Shown here in pieces: positions 16,104-27,489 of a DNA stretch of 32,000 nt. Within the stretch, counting starts at the first letter, position 1, and each line of letters begins with the position of its first letter. The stretch is from Micrococcus luteus NCTC 2665. GTDB lineage: Bacteria > Actinomycetota > Actinomycetes > Actinomycetales > Micrococcaceae. The notes beneath the pieces were generated by a model. It did no database searches and was not told where the DNA came from. It worked only from the letters and a program-made list of their open reading frames with translations. The stretch covers positions 900,001 to 932,000 of the forward strand of contig NC_012803.1 in NCBI RefSeq assembly GCF_000023205.1. The letters run 5' to 3'. The position numbers and the translations under genes are program-made.

Positions 16104-17831
16104 ATGGACTCCGCCGCGTCGACTCCCAGCACCCCGTCCGCCGCCCCCGACATGAAGCCGCGCTCGCGCGACGTCACCGACGGCATGGAGCGCACCGCCG
16201 CCCGCGGCATGCTCCGCGCGGTCGGCATGGGGGACGAGGACTTCGGCAAGCCGCAGATCGGCATCGCCTCGTCCTGGAACGAGATCACCCCCTGCAACCT
16301 CTCCCTGGACCGCCTCGCCCAGGCCTCGAAGGACGGTGTCCACGCCGCCGGCGGATATCCGCTGGAGTTCGGCACGGTCTCCGTCTCGGACGGCATCTCC
16401 ATGGGCCACGAGGGCATGCACTTCTCCCTCGTCTCCCGCGAGGTGATCGCCGACTCGGTGGAGACCGTGATGATGGCCGAGCGCCTGGACGGCTCCGTCC
16501 TGCTCGCCGGCTGCGACAAGTCGCTGCCGGGCATGCTCATGGCCGCCGCCCGCCTGGACCTGGCCTCCGTGTTCGTCTACGCCGGCTCGATCATGCCGGG
16601 CGTCGCCCGCCTGACCGACGGCACCGAGAGGCAGGTGACCATCATCGACGCCTTCGAGGCGGTCGGCGCCTGCGCCCGCGGCCTCATGTCCGAGGAGGAC
16701 CTGCTCCGCATCGAGAAGTCCATCGCCCCGGGCGAGGGCGCCTGCGGCGGCATGTACACCGCCAACACCATGGCCTCCATCGGCGAGGCCCTCGGGATGT
16801 CCCTGCCCGGTTCCGCCGCCGCCCCCTCCGCGGACCGTCGCCGTGACGCCTTCGCGCGCCGCTCCGGCGAGGCCGTGGTGAACATGCTCCGCCAGGGCAT
16901 CACGGCCCGGGACATCATGACCAAGCCCGCGTTCGAGAACGCGATCGCCGTGACCATGGCCTTCGGCGGCTCCACCAACGCCGTGCTGCACCTGCTCGCC
17001 ATCGCCCGGGAGGCGGGCGTCGACCTGCAGCTGTCCGACTTCAACCGCGTCGCCGACCGCACCCCGCACATCGCCGACCTCAAGCCGTTCGGCCAGTACG
17101 TCATGACGGACGTGGACCGCATCGGCGGCGTCCCCGTGGTCATGAAAGCCCTGCTGGACGAGGGTCTGCTGCACGGGGACACCCTCACCGTCACCGGCAA
17201 GACCCTCGCCGAGAACCTGGCAGCGCTCGATCCGGACCCGGTGGACGGCAAGGTCATCCGCACCATGGACGACGCGCTGCACCCCAACGGCGGCATCGCG
17301 ATCCTCCACGGATCGCTGGCCCCGGAGGGCGCCGTCGTGAAGTCCGCCGGCTTCGATGCGGACGTCTTCGAGGGCACCGCGCGCGTCTTCGACCGTGAGC
17401 GCGCCGCCATGGACGCCCTCGAGGACGGGACCATCGCCGCCGGCGACGTCGTGGTCATCCGCTATGAGGGCCCGAAGGGCGGCCCGGGCATGCGCGAGAT
17501 GCTCGCGATCACCGGCGCCATCAAGGGGGCGGGGCTGGGCAAGGACGTCCTGCTGATCACCGACGGGCGCTTCTCCGGCGGCACCACCGGCCTGTGCATC
17601 GGCCACATCGCCCCCGAGGCCGCCGAGGGAGGGCCGATCGGCCTGGTGCAGGACGGCGACCGCATCCGCGTGGACATCGCCGGACGCACCATGGACCTGC
17701 TCGTGGACGAGGCCGAGCTCGCCGCCCGCCTCGAGTCCTGGGAGCCGGTGGCGCCGAAGTTCACCACGGGCGTGCTGGGCAAGTACGCCAAGCTGGTGCA
17801 CTCCGCCGCCGAGGGCGCCTACCTGGGCTGA
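16104..17831 (+). CDS. ilvD: Dihydroxy-acid dehydratase
   Basis: [80 protein letters not shown] and [16 protein letters not shown] form the IlvD/Edd signature. The start at ATG 16104 is chosen from the -10 spacing. The track start at 16029 would overlap the divergent gene. Confidence 0.95.
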   Translation: MDSAASTPSTPSAAPDMKPRSRDVTDGMERTAARGMLRAVGMGDEDFGKPQIGIASSWNEITPCNLSLDRLAQASKDGVHAAGGYPLEFGTVSVSDGISMGHEGMHFSLVSREVIADSVETVMMAERLDGSVLLAGCDKSLPGMLMAAARLDLASVFVYAGSIMPGVARLTDGTERQVTIIDAFEAVGACARGLMSEEDLLRIEKSIAPGEGACGGMYTANTMASIGEALGMSLPGSAAAPSADRRRDAFARRSGEAVVNMLRQGITARDIMTKPAFENAIAVTMAFGGSTNAVLHLLAIAREAGVDLQLSDFNRVADRTPHIADLKPFGQYVMTDVDRIGGVPVVMKALLDEGLLHGDTLTVTGKTLAENLAALDPDPVDGKVIRTMDDALHPNGGIAILHGSLAPEGAVVKSAGFDADVFEGTARVFDRERAAMDALEDGTIAAGDVVVIRYEGPKGGPGMREMLAITGAIKGAGLGKDVLLITDGRFSGGTTGLCIGHIAPEAAEGGPIGLVQDGDRIRVDIAGRTMDLLVDEAELAARLESWEPVAPKFTTGVLGKYAKLVHSAAEGAYLG

Positions 17832-17934
17832 GGCCCGGTCGGCCCGCACGCCGCGACGAGCAGGGGATGAGCATGCACGAGATCGACGCCCGGGCCGGGG
17901 GACCCGCGCCGCGTCCCGGGCGGGAGGCGCGCTG

Positions 17935-18093
17935 ATGGAGGTCGTCATCCTGTCCGACGCCGCCGGCGTGGACGTGCAGCTGCTCGCCGCGCAGACCCGG
18001 CGGGACGACGCCCGCTTCTTCGACGGCGACCTCGAACTCGCGGGGGAGTACCGCCACATGGGGGAGGCCAAGCCGTCCTGGCAGGGCCTCTGA
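17935..18093 (+). pseudogene. 52-codon ORF that looks like an internally deleted remnant of glucosamine-6-phosphate deaminase (nagB)
   Basis: This ORF is not in the ORF track because it is too short. GGGAGG lies 7 nt upstream of ATG 17935, and all but one third codon position are G/C. The product is MEVVILSDAAGVDVQLLAAQTRRDDARFFDGDLELAGEYRHMGEAKPSWQGL. The MEVVI.. start, the TR..(D/N)ARFFDGD block and the ..Y(F/R)H....KP.WQG(I/L) end match, from memory, the N-terminal, central and C-terminal conserved segments of a NagB of about 260 aa. It lies directly upstream of nagA. Confidence 0.5.
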
Positions 18094-18136
18094 GCGCCCC
18101 TCGTCCATCGACCCGTCCACCCCGGAAGGTGCATCC

Positions 18137-19357
18137 GTGCCCGCCTCGCTCCCTCACCGGCCGCGCGCCGAGCAGGCATCGTCGGTCGTCGCATCCCCGT
18201 CGGTGCTGCGCGCGGACCGCGTCCATGACGGCGAGTGCCTCGGCGGCCCCGGCTGGATCGCCCTGGCCGAGGGCCGCGTGGTGACTGTCGGGACCGGCGA
18301 CCCGCCGCGCACCCGCGGCCCCGTCCACGACCTCGGCGACGGCCTCCTCGCTCCCGGCTGCGTGGACGTGCACTGCCACGGCGGCGGCGGACACGCCTTC
18401 GAGTCCGGTGCGGCCGCGGCACGCGCGGCGGCCGCGGCCCACGCCCGTGCGGGCACGACCACGGTGGTGGCCTCCCTCGTCACGGACCACGTCGATGCGC
18501 TCGCGGAGCAGCTGACGGCCCTGACGCCCCTGTGCGCGGAGGGGGTGCTGGCCGGCGTGCACCTTGAGGGTCCCTGGCTCTCGCCCCTGCACCGCGGCGC
18601 ACACCGGTCCGCGTCGCTGCGGGCGCCGGCGCCCGAGGACATCGCTCGCCTCGTCGAGGTCGGCGCGGATCACCTGGCGATGGTGACGCTGGCGCCCGAG
18701 CTGCCCGGGGCCCTCGACGCGGTGGACCGGTTGGCGGAGGCGGGCGTCGTCGTCGCGATCGGCCACACGGACGCCTCCTACGAGACCACGCGCGCGGCGA
18801 TCGACGCGGGGGCGCGGATGGCCACGCACCTGCACAACGCGTGCCGGCCCGCCCACCACCGTGAGCCCGGGCCCGCCGTCGCCCTGCTGGAGGACCCGCG
18901 CGTGGGGATCGAGACCATCGTGGACGGCGTCCACCTGCATGCGGCCACGGTGCGGCGGGTCGCCCGGGAGGCCGGGGAGCGGTGGATCCTCGTCTCGGAC
19001 GCGATGGCCGCCGCCGGCTGCGGCGACGGCGAGTTCCCCCTCGGGCCGCTGCGGGTCCGGGTCCGCGACGGCGTCGCGCGGGTGGTCGGCGCGGAGGGCG
19101 CAGCCGGGGCCATCGCCGGGTCCACGGCCACGGTCACCGGCTCGGTGCGCTCCGCCGTCGCCACCGGGGTCGACCTCGACGCCGCGCTGCGGGCGGCGAC
19201 GGCCGCGCCCGCGGACGCCCTGGGGCTCCCCGACGTCGGCCGGCTCCGAGCCGGGAGCCGAGCGGACGCCGTCGTCTTCGGCCCGGAGCTCGAGGTGCGC
19301 GGGGTGCTCCGTCACGGAACGTGGGTGAAGGCGGCCGCCCCCACGGCGGCTGACTAG
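18137..19357 (+). CDS. nagA: N-acetylglucosamine-6-phosphate deacetylase
   Basis: GTG 18137 is preceded by GGAAGG. PGCVDVHCHGGGGHAF is the HxH metal site. Also present: GVHLEGPWLS, AIGHTDASYETT, ATHLHNA, ETIVDGVHLH, SDAMAAAG and AGSTATV. This is the amidohydrolase NagA pattern. Confidence 0.88.
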   Translation: MPASLPHRPRAEQASSVVASPSVLRADRVHDGECLGGPGWIALAEGRVVTVGTGDPPRTRGPVHDLGDGLLAPGCVDVHCHGGGGHAFESGAAAARAAAAAHARAGTTTVVASLVTDHVDALAEQLTALTPLCAEGVLAGVHLEGPWLSPLHRGAHRSASLRAPAPEDIARLVEVGADHLAMVTLAPELPGALDAVDRLAEAGVVVAIGHTDASYETTRAAIDAGARMATHLHNACRPAHHREPGPAVALLEDPRVGIETIVDGVHLHAATVRRVAREAGERWILVSDAMAAAGCGDGEFPLGPLRVRVRDGVARVVGAEGAAGAIAGSTATVTGSVRSAVATGVDLDAALRAATAAPADALGLPDVGRLRAGSRADAVVFGPELEVRGVLRHGTWVKAAAPTAAD

Positions 19358-19646
19358 GGTGGGCTCAGGCCCGGGATCCGACCTCGACCGCCCCGTCGTC
19401 TCACGATGTGACGCTTTATCTCACATTGCGAGACAGTCGGGTGGTCGATGGCGGACGAGGCGCCCGGCTGTCGATACTGAGACCACCCCCGAAGGACCCG
19501 GCGGCCGTGTCCCCACCTCAGACTCCGCCACGCCGGCCCGATCCGTCATCGACGCGGCCACGGTCCCCGACGCCCGACGGATCCGAACGACGACCGTCCG
19601 ACGCCCCGCGCCGGACACGCAGCGACGAACGCAGTGAGGTGACCCC
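19358..19646 (+). promoter_or_regulatory. Long untranslated leader and promoter region of ilvBNC
   Basis: The gap is 289 nt and shows poor G/C enrichment at third codon positions in every frame. It holds the only AT-rich patch in the window (19401-19430), with TCAC/GTGA dyads. An 8-bp stem is formed by GGGTGGTC 19439-19446 and GACCACCC 19481-19488. A C-rich tract follows, then GAGGTG 7 nt before ATG 19647. Confidence 0.55.
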
Positions 19647-21548
19647 ATGAGCACGACCCCCCGCGACGCCCGCGCGGCGGTCCCGCAGGTCCCGACGCCG
19701 GCCTCCCGCCCGACGGAGACCGCCCGGGCCCAGGAGCGCCGTCCGGCCCCCCGGCCCGAGATCGTCGAGCCGCGTGTGCCCGGCGAGGGCTCCCGCGTCG
19801 AGCCGACCCGGATGACCGGCTCGCAGGGCATCATCCGCTCCCTGGAGGAGCTGGGGGTCACGGACGTGTTCGGGCTGCCCGGCGGCGCCATCCTGCCGAC
19901 CTACGACCCGCTCATGGACTCCGACCAGATCCGCCACATCCTCGTGCGCCACGAGCAGGGCGCCGGTCACGCGGCACAGGGCTACCACCTGGCCACCGGC
20001 AAGGTCGGCGTGGCCATCGCCACCTCCGGTCCCGGCGCCACCAACCTGGTGACCGCCATCGCGGACGCCCACATGGACTCCCAGGCGGTCGTGTTCATCA
20101 CCGGCCAGGTCTCCTCCGCCGCGATCGGCACGGACGCCTTCCAGGAGGCGGACATCGTGGGCATCACGATGCCCATCACCAAGCACTCCCGGCTCGTGAC
20201 CCGGCCCGAGGACATCCCCCAGGCCCTCGCCGAGGCGTTCCACATCGCCGCCACGGGCCGGCCCGGGCCCGTGCTCGTGGACGTCACCAAGGACGCCCAG
20301 CAGGGCGAGTTCGAGTTCGCGTGGCCGCCCCGGATCGACCTGCCCGGCTACCGCCCCGTCCTGCGCGGCCACCCCCGGCAGATCCGCGGGGCCGCCCGGC
20401 TGATCCGCGAGGCCCGGCGCCCCGTGCTGTATGCGGGCGGCGGCGTGGCCCGCGGCGAGGCCCATGAGGAGCTGCGCGCCCTCGCCGAGCTCACGGGCGC
20501 CCCCGTGGTCACCACGCTCACCGCCCGCGGCGTCTTCCCCGACTCGCATCCCCAGCACCTGGGCATGCCGGGCATGCACGGCGGCGTCCCCGCCGTGGCC
20601 GCGCTCCAGCAGGCCGACCTGCTGATCACGCTCGGCGCCCGCTTCGACGACCGCGTGACCGGTCACCTGCCCTCGTTCGCCCCCGGCGCCCGCGTGATCC
20701 ACGCGGACATCGACCCGGCCGAGATCTCCAAGAACCGCACCGCGGACGTGCCGATCGTCGGCCACGTCAAGGAGATCATCCCGGACCTGGTGGCCGAGCT
20801 CGCGACGGACACCGAGGCGCTGCCCGACCTCGCCGACTGGTGGGCGGTGCTGCGGCGCCTGCAGGACACCTACCCGATGGGCTGGACCGAGACCGAGGAC
20901 GGCCTCCTCGCGCCCCAGGAGGTGATCTCGCGCCTGTCGGCCCTGTCCGGCCCCGAGGCCACCTACGTGGCCGGCGTCGGCCAGCACCAGATGTGGGCCA
21001 GCCAGTTCGTCGCCTACGAGCGTCCGCGCCAGTGGCTCAACTCGGCCGGCCTCGGAACGATGGGCTTCGCCGTCCCCGCCGCGATGGGGGCGCAGGTGGG
21101 CGAACCCGACCGCGTGGTCTGGGCCATCGACGGCGATGGCTGCTTCCAGATGACCAACCAGGAGCTCGCCACGTGCGTGATCAACCGCATCCCCATCAAG
21201 ATCGCGGTGATCAACAACTCCTCGCTGGGCATGGTGCGCCAGTGGCAGACCCTCTTCTACGACGGGCGCTACTCGAACACGGACCTCAACACGGGCCATG
21301 ACACCGCCCGGGTGCCGGACTTCGTCAAGCTCGCCGACGCCTACGGCGCCGCGGGCCTGCGCTGCGACCGCCGGGAGGACCTGGACGACACCATCCGCCG
21401 GGCCCTCGCCATCGACGACCGCCCCGTGATCGTGGACTTCGTGGTCTCCCGTGACGCCATGGTCTGGCCGATGGTCCCCGCGGGGGTCAGCAACGACGCG
21501 ATCCAGGTGGCCCGGGACATGACGCCCGACTGGGACCAGGAAGATTGA
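19647..21548 (+). CDS. ilvB: Acetolactate synthase (acetohydroxy-acid synthase) large subunit
   Basis: A Pro/Arg-rich N-terminal extension of about 55 aa, also seen in other actinobacterial IlvB, is followed by [46 protein letters not shown] and SGPGATNL. The ThDP motif is [15 protein letters not shown]...[12 protein letters not shown]. An alternative start lies at ATG 19812. Confidence 0.95.
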   Translation: MSTTPRDARAAVPQVPTPASRPTETARAQERRPAPRPEIVEPRVPGEGSRVEPTRMTGSQGIIRSLEELGVTDVFGLPGGAILPTYDPLMDSDQIRHILVRHEQGAGHAAQGYHLATGKVGVAIATSGPGATNLVTAIADAHMDSQAVVFITGQVSSAAIGTDAFQEADIVGITMPITKHSRLVTRPEDIPQALAEAFHIAATGRPGPVLVDVTKDAQQGEFEFAWPPRIDLPGYRPVLRGHPRQIRGAARLIREARRPVLYAGGGVARGEAHEELRALAELTGAPVVTTLTARGVFPDSHPQHLGMPGMHGGVPAVAALQQADLLITLGARFDDRVTGHLPSFAPGARVIHADIDPAEISKNRTADVPIVGHVKEIIPDLVAELATDTEALPDLADWWAVLRRLQDTYPMGWTETEDGLLAPQEVISRLSALSGPEATYVAGVGQHQMWASQFVAYERPRQWLNSAGLGTMGFAVPAAMGAQVGEPDRVVWAIDGDGCFQMTNQELATCVINRIPIKIAVINNSSLGMVRQWQTLFYDGRYSNTDLNTGHDTARVPDFVKLADAYGAAGLRCDRREDLDDTIRRALAIDDRPVIVDFVVSRDAMVWPMVPAGVSNDAIQVARDMTPDWDQED

Positions 21549-21560
21549 GGAGGGCAACCG

Positions 21561-23137
<1,577 letters not shown>

Positions 23138-23151
23138 GCCGCCCGAGCCCC

Positions 23152-23191
23152 CGACGCCGGCCCCGGGCATCGCGCTCCGGGGCCGGCGTCG
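23152..23191 (+). terminator. Perfect 15-bp GC hairpin after ilvC
   Basis: CGACGCCGGCCCCGG-(gcatcgcgct)-CCGGGGCCGGCGTCG. It starts 15 nt after the ilvC stop and is followed by cattcc. Confidence 0.65.
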
Positions 23192-23286
23192 CATTCCGGC
23201 CACGGTCCGGTCACGCGTCTAGGCTCGAACCGGAGCGCGGGCCGGCCCGCCTCCCATCCCACCGCACCACACCTCCAGGAGCACCC

Positions 23287-24882
23287 GTGAGCGCAGCCCA
23301 GCCCGTCGTCCTGATCGCCGAGGAACTCTCGCCCGCCACCGTCGAGGCCCTCGGCCCCGACTTCGAGATCCGCCGCACGGACGGCGCCGACCGCGCCCGA
23401 CTCCTCGAGGACCTGCGCGACGTCGACGCGGTGCTGATCCGCTCGGCCACCCAGATGGACGCCGAGGCGATCGCCGCCGCGCCGCAGCTGAAGGTCATCG
23501 CGCGCGCGGGCGTCGGGCTGGACAACGTGGACGTGCCCGCCGCCACCGAGGCCGGCGTCATGGTCGTCAACGCGCCGACGTCGAACATCATCTCCGCCGC
23601 CGAGCTCACCTGCGGTCACATCCTGGCCGCCGCCCGCAACATCGCGGCCGCCAACGGCTCGCTGAAGGCGGGGGAGTGGAAGCGTTCGAAGTACACGGGC
23701 CTCGAGCTGTACGGCAAGCGGCTGGGCGTGATCGGCCTGGGCCGCATCGGCGCGCTCGTGGCCGAGCGCATGAAGGCGTTCGGCATGGAGATCCTCGCCT
23801 ACGACCCCTACGTGACCACCGCCCGCGCGCAGCAGCTGGGCGCGAGCCTCGTCGACCTGGACGAGCTGCTCGAGCGCGCCGACGTGGTCACGATCCACAT
23901 GCCCAAGACCCCCGAGACGGTCGGCATGATCGGCGATGAGCAGTTCGCCCGCATGAAGGACACCGCGATCATCGTGAACGTGGCCCGCGGCGGCCTGGTG
24001 GACGAGGACGCCCTCGCCCGCGCGCTCGAGGCCGGGACCATCGGCGGCGCCGGCATCGACGTCTTCAGCTCCGAGCCGGCCACGGACCTGGCGTTCTTCG
24101 CCCACGACTCCGCCGTCGTCACCCCCCACCTGGGCGCCTCGACCGCCGAGGCCCAGGAGAAGGCGGGCGTCGCCGTCGCCGGCTCCGTGCGCCTGGCCCT
24201 CTCCGGCGAGCTCGTGCCGGACGCCGTGAACGTGGCCGGCGGCGCGATCCACGAGGACGTGCGCCCCGGCCTGCCGCTGGCCGAGAAGCTGGGCCGCGTG
24301 CTCACCGCGCTGGTGGGTGAGCAGTCCATCACGGCCGTCGAGGTGGAGATCGCCGGTGAGATCGCCGAGCACGACGTCTCCGCGATGCGCCTGGCCGCCC
24401 TGAAGGGCGTGTTCACGGACATCGTCTCGGACCAGGTCTCCTACGTGAACGCCCCCGTGCTGGCCGAGCAGCGCGGCGTCGAGTGCCGCCTCACCACCAC
24501 CGCGGTGTCCGAGTCCTACCGCAACACCGTCACGGTGCGCGCCGCGACCGCGCAGGGCACCCAGACCGCCGTCACCGGCACGCTCACCGGCCCGCGCCAG
24601 GTGCAGAAGCTCGTGGGTGTGGACCGGCACGAGCTCGAGGTGCCGCTGGCCGACCACCTGCTCGTGTTCGCCTACCAGGACCGCCCGGGCGTGATCGGCG
24701 TCCTGGGCCAGGCCCTCGGGGTGCAGGGCGTGAACATCGCCGGCATGGACGTCTCGCGCGACGACGAGGGCGCCGCCCTGGCCGTGCTGACCCTGGACGG
24801 GGCGCTCTCCGGGGACACCGCGGCCACGCTGGCCGCGGCCATCGGCGCCGCCCGTGCGGCCGAGGTGGACCTCTCCGTCTGA
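23287..24882 (+). CDS. serA: D-3-phosphoglycerate dehydrogenase (long type with ASB and ACT domains)
   Basis: cAGGAGcacccGTG gives the start context. [16 protein letters not shown] is the NAD fold. Also present: [24 protein letters not shown], and a C-terminal ACT region [21 protein letters not shown]. The product is 531 aa. Confidence 0.95.
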   Translation: MSAAQPVVLIAEELSPATVEALGPDFEIRRTDGADRARLLEDLRDVDAVLIRSATQMDAEAIAAAPQLKVIARAGVGLDNVDVPAATEAGVMVVNAPTSNIISAAELTCGHILAAARNIAAANGSLKAGEWKRSKYTGLELYGKRLGVIGLGRIGALVAERMKAFGMEILAYDPYVTTARAQQLGASLVDLDELLERADVVTIHMPKTPETVGMIGDEQFARMKDTAIIVNVARGGLVDEDALARALEAGTIGGAGIDVFSSEPATDLAFFAHDSAVVTPHLGASTAEAQEKAGVAVAGSVRLALSGELVPDAVNVAGGAIHEDVRPGLPLAEKLGRVLTALVGEQSITAVEVEIAGEIAEHDVSAMRLAALKGVFTDIVSDQVSYVNAPVLAEQRGVECRLTTTAVSESYRNTVTVRAATAQGTQTAVTGTLTGPRQVQKLVGVDRHELEVPLADHLLVFAYQDRPGVIGVLGQALGVQGVNIAGMDVSRDDEGAALAVLTLDGALSGDTAATLAAAIGAARAAEVDLSV

Positions 24883-24902
24883 CCCGTCGACGCCCGGGCG
24901 GG

Positions 24903-24935
24903 CAACACAGGGCCCGTGTGCGTGGCCCTGTGTTG
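24903..24935 (+). terminator. Perfect 12-bp hairpin after serA
   Basis: CAACACAGGGCC-(cgtgtgcgt)-GGCCCTGTGTTG. It starts 21 nt after the serA stop. The track start GTG 24916 of the next ORF lies inside its loop. Confidence 0.6.
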
Positions 24936-25023
24936 GGATGGTGGCCATGTCACGTCCACCCGAGCCCTACCCCGCACCCGCCCCGACCGCGCCGCAGCGG
25001 CCCGCCCCACCCCGCCTCCGGGC

Positions 25024-25800
25024 GTGCAGGGCCGCTGGGCCCGGCGCGCGGCGGGCGGGCTGATCGGCGTCAGTGTCCTGCTCGCCGCCTGGTCGTTCGC
25101 CCTCCCCTTCGTGTTCGGGCTGGGCCCGCGGCAGGTGCCGTGGTGGCGAGAGGTCTTCGACGTGAACCACGAGGCCAACCTCACGGCGTGGTGGAGCGCG
25201 GGCCTGCTCCTGCTGGGGGCCGCGGGCTTCACCACGGTGGGGCTCGTGCGCCGCGCGCTGGGGGCGGACCGGCGGCGGAGCCTGCTCGCATGGCTGACCC
25301 CTGCGGCCCTGCTGGCGGCCATGAGCTGGGACGAATCGACGCAGATCCACGAGCAGGCCGGCCAGCTGTGGGAGGCCCTGCCGTTCGCGGGGGAGAACCC
25401 GCTGCCCGCGTTCCAGTGGCTGATCCTCGGCGCGCCGGCCGCGATCGTCGTCCTCGGGCTGCTCGCGCTGTGCACCGTCGCCCTGCCCCGCCGGACCCGA
25501 GCGCTGACGGTGGCGGGCGGCGCGGTGTTCTTCTTCGGCGCGATCGTCCTCGAGGCGGTGCCGCTCGTCCTGGGGATCGGGCGCGGCACCCTGGCCTACC
25601 ACGCGGCGACGCATGCGGAGGAGCTGACCGAGATGATCGGGGCGTCCGTGCTCGTGGTGGCCCCGTGGGCCCATCTCCAGCTGTGGCGGGCGCCGGGCTG
25701 TCTGCAGGTGACCGCCGACGGCGTCCCGGACGCCGGCGCGGACGGCGTCGTCCTCGGCGAGGGCCCCGGCCCCGCCGGTAGACTCGACGACTGTGACTGA
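25024..25800 (+). CDS. Hypothetical integral membrane protein (about 6 TM segments)
   Basis: G/C occupies nearly every third codon position throughout. Hydrophobic segments include [65 protein letters not shown] and [23 protein letters not shown]. Acidic motifs [11 protein letters not shown] and [12 protein letters not shown] are present. The start is uncertain: GTG 25024 is the first in-frame start downstream of the serA terminator, and the alternatives 24916 and 24922 lie within the hairpin loop. The stop overlaps metG by 8 nt. Confidence 0.65.
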   Translation: MQGRWARRAAGGLIGVSVLLAAWSFALPFVFGLGPRQVPWWREVFDVNHEANLTAWWSAGLLLLGAAGFTTVGLVRRALGADRRRSLLAWLTPAALLAAMSWDESTQIHEQAGQLWEALPFAGENPLPAFQWLILGAPAAIVVLGLLALCTVALPRRTRALTVAGGAVFFFGAIVLEAVPLVLGIGRGTLAYHAATHAEELTEMIGASVLVVAPWAHLQLWRAPGCLQVTADGVPDAGADGVVLGEGPGPAGRLDDCD

Positions 25801-27418
25801 CGCCCGCGCCCCGTACTACCTGACCACGGCCATCTCCTACCCGAACGGCGAGCCGCACATCGGCCACGCCTACGAGTACATCGCCACGGACGCGATGGCC
25901 CGCTTCCAGCGGCTCGACGGGCGGGACGTGCGCTTCCTGACCGGCACGGACGAGCACGGCCAGAAGATGGAGCAGACGGCGCAGCAGCAGGGCGTGAGCG
26001 CCCTCGAGCTGGCCACGCGCAACGCGGCCGTCTTCAAGGAGATGGACGACGACGTCCTGGACATCTCCTACGACCGCTTCATCCGCACCACGGACACGGA
26101 CCACGCCGAGGCCGTCCGCGAGATCTGGCGGCGCATGGAGGCCAACGGGGACATCTATCTCGGCTCCTACGCCGGCTGGTACTCCGTGCGCGACGAACGC
26201 TACTTCGGCGAGGACGAGACCGAGGTGGGTCAGGACGGCGTGCGCCGCGCCGTCGAGACCGGCACTGAGGTGACGTGGACGGAGGAGGAGTCCTACTTCT
26301 TCCGCCTGTCCAAGTACCAGCAGCCGCTGCTGGACCACTACCGCGACCACCCGGACTTCGCCGCCCCCCGGTACCGCTTCAACGAGGTCATCCGCTTCGT
26401 GGAGGCCGGGCTCGAGGACCTGTCCATCTCCCGGACCTCCTTCCAGTGGGGCATCGACCTGCCCGCGCCCGCGGACCCGGAGGCCGCCGACGCCGACCGG
26501 CGCGCCGACCACGTCACCTACGTGTGGGTCGACGCGTTGACGAACTACCTCACCGGCGCGGGCTGGCCGGCGGGGGACCCGGAGGCGTTCGCGCGCTACT
26601 GGCCCGCGGACCTGCACGTGATCGGCAAGGACATCTCCCGGTTCCACTGCATCTTCTGGCCCGCGTTCCTCATGTCGGCCGGCCTCGAGCTGCCGCACCG
26701 CGTCATGATCCACGGCTTCCTGAACAACAACGGGGCCAAGATGTCCAAGTCCCTGGGCAACGTGGTGCACCCGCGGGAATGGGTGGCCCGGTACGGCCTG
26801 GACGCCATCCGCTTCTTCCTGCTGCGCGAGTTCCCGTTCGGCGCGGACGGCTCCTACAGCCACGAGGCCGTGGTGAGCCGCAAGAACGCGGACCTGGCCA
26901 ACAACCTCGGCAACCTCGCCCAGCGCTCGCTGTCCATGGTGGCCAAGAACTGCGGCGCCGCCGTGCCCGAGCCGGGCGAGCTCACCGAGGCGGACCGCGC
27001 CGTCCTGGCCCAGGTCGACGCCCTGCTGGAGCGCTCCCGGTCCGCGTACGCGGTGCAGGACTTCCACGACGCGCTCGAGGAGACCTGGCGCGTGCTCGGC
27101 GAGGTCAACGCGTACTTCGCGGACCAGGCCCCGTGGGTGCTGCGCAAGACGGACGAGCCGCGTATGCGCACGGTGCTCTACGTGACGCTGCAGGCCGTGC
27201 GCCGGGTGGCCCTGCTCGCGCAGCCGGTGATGCCCGACTCGGCCTCGCGGCTGCTGGATCTGCTCGGCGTCCCCGCCGAGGGCGACGCCGGCCGCACCGG
27301 CGCGTCCGGCTCCGGCCCGCGGTCCTTCGCCGCCTTCCACGAGGACCTGGTCCCCGGCACCCCGCTGCCCGCACCACAGCCGGTCTTCCCGCGCCACGAG
27401 GAGCCCGCGGAGGACTGA
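25793..27418 (+). CDS. metG: Methionine--tRNA ligase (short form without the C-terminal tRNA-binding domain)
   Basis: [26 protein letters not shown] contains the HIGH motif. Also present: [19 protein letters not shown] and [10 protein letters not shown] (KMSKS). GTG 25793 lies inside the end of the preceding ORF. Confidence 0.94.
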   Translation: MTDARAPYYLTTAISYPNGEPHIGHAYEYIATDAMARFQRLDGRDVRFLTGTDEHGQKMEQTAQQQGVSALELATRNAAVFKEMDDDVLDISYDRFIRTTDTDHAEAVREIWRRMEANGDIYLGSYAGWYSVRDERYFGEDETEVGQDGVRRAVETGTEVTWTEEESYFFRLSKYQQPLLDHYRDHPDFAAPRYRFNEVIRFVEAGLEDLSISRTSFQWGIDLPAPADPEAADADRRADHVTYVWVDALTNYLTGAGWPAGDPEAFARYWPADLHVIGKDISRFHCIFWPAFLMSAGLELPHRVMIHGFLNNNGAKMSKSLGNVVHPREWVARYGLDAIRFFLLREFPFGADGSYSHEAVVSRKNADLANNLGNLAQRSLSMVAKNCGAAVPEPGELTEADRAVLAQVDALLERSRSAYAVQDFHDALEETWRVLGEVNAYFADQAPWVLRKTDEPRMRTVLYVTLQAVRRVALLAQPVMPDSASRLLDLLGVPAEGDAGRTGASGSGPRSFAAFHEDLVPGTPLPAPQPVFPRHEEPAED

Positions 27419-27476
27419 GTCCGTCCGGAGGGTGAGACCGGGTGTCACACGATGTGGTCCCCACGCGTGCCGCGCG

Positions 27477-27482
27477 TAGCCT
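27477..27482 (+). promoter_or_regulatory. Candidate -10 hexamer TAGCCT for a leaderless leuB transcript
   Basis: TAGCCT-GAGGGCC-ATG, with a 7-nt spacer to ATG 27490. Confidence 0.35.
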
Positions 27483-27489
27483 GAGGGCC

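Noticed and set aside
17822-17836. Short GGGC-loop-GCCC hairpins after ilvD (gggctgaggccc, about 17824-17835) and after nagA (gggctcaggccc, about 19361-19372), considered as terminators.
   Set aside because: The stems are only 4 bp and are expected frequently by chance in GC-rich sequence. They are not reported as features.
17867-17935. 22-codon ORF MSMHEIDARAGGPAPRPGREAR, overlapping the start of the nagB remnant by TGATG.
   Set aside because: It is too short and compositionally ambiguous to call. It is in frame with a shadow ORF of ilvD. It is mentioned only as context in the nagB-remnant finding.
19359-19650. ORFs 19359..19637 (92 aa) and 19408..19650 (80 aa) in the ilvB leader, considered as possible small proteins or a leader peptide.
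   Set aside because: Many third codon positions are A/T, unlike every confident gene here. There is no SD sequence. The products are Pro/Arg/Thr-rich and are not enriched in Ile/Val/Leu as an attenuator peptide would be. Both are treated as non-coding leader.
19812-19814. A shorter ilvB start at Met56 (MTGSQG...), which would remove the Pro/Arg-rich N-terminal extension.
   Set aside because: GAGGTG sits 7 nt before ATG 19647, the G/C bias at third codon positions already holds from 19647, and comparable extensions are known in other actinobacterial IlvB proteins. It is kept as an alternative only.
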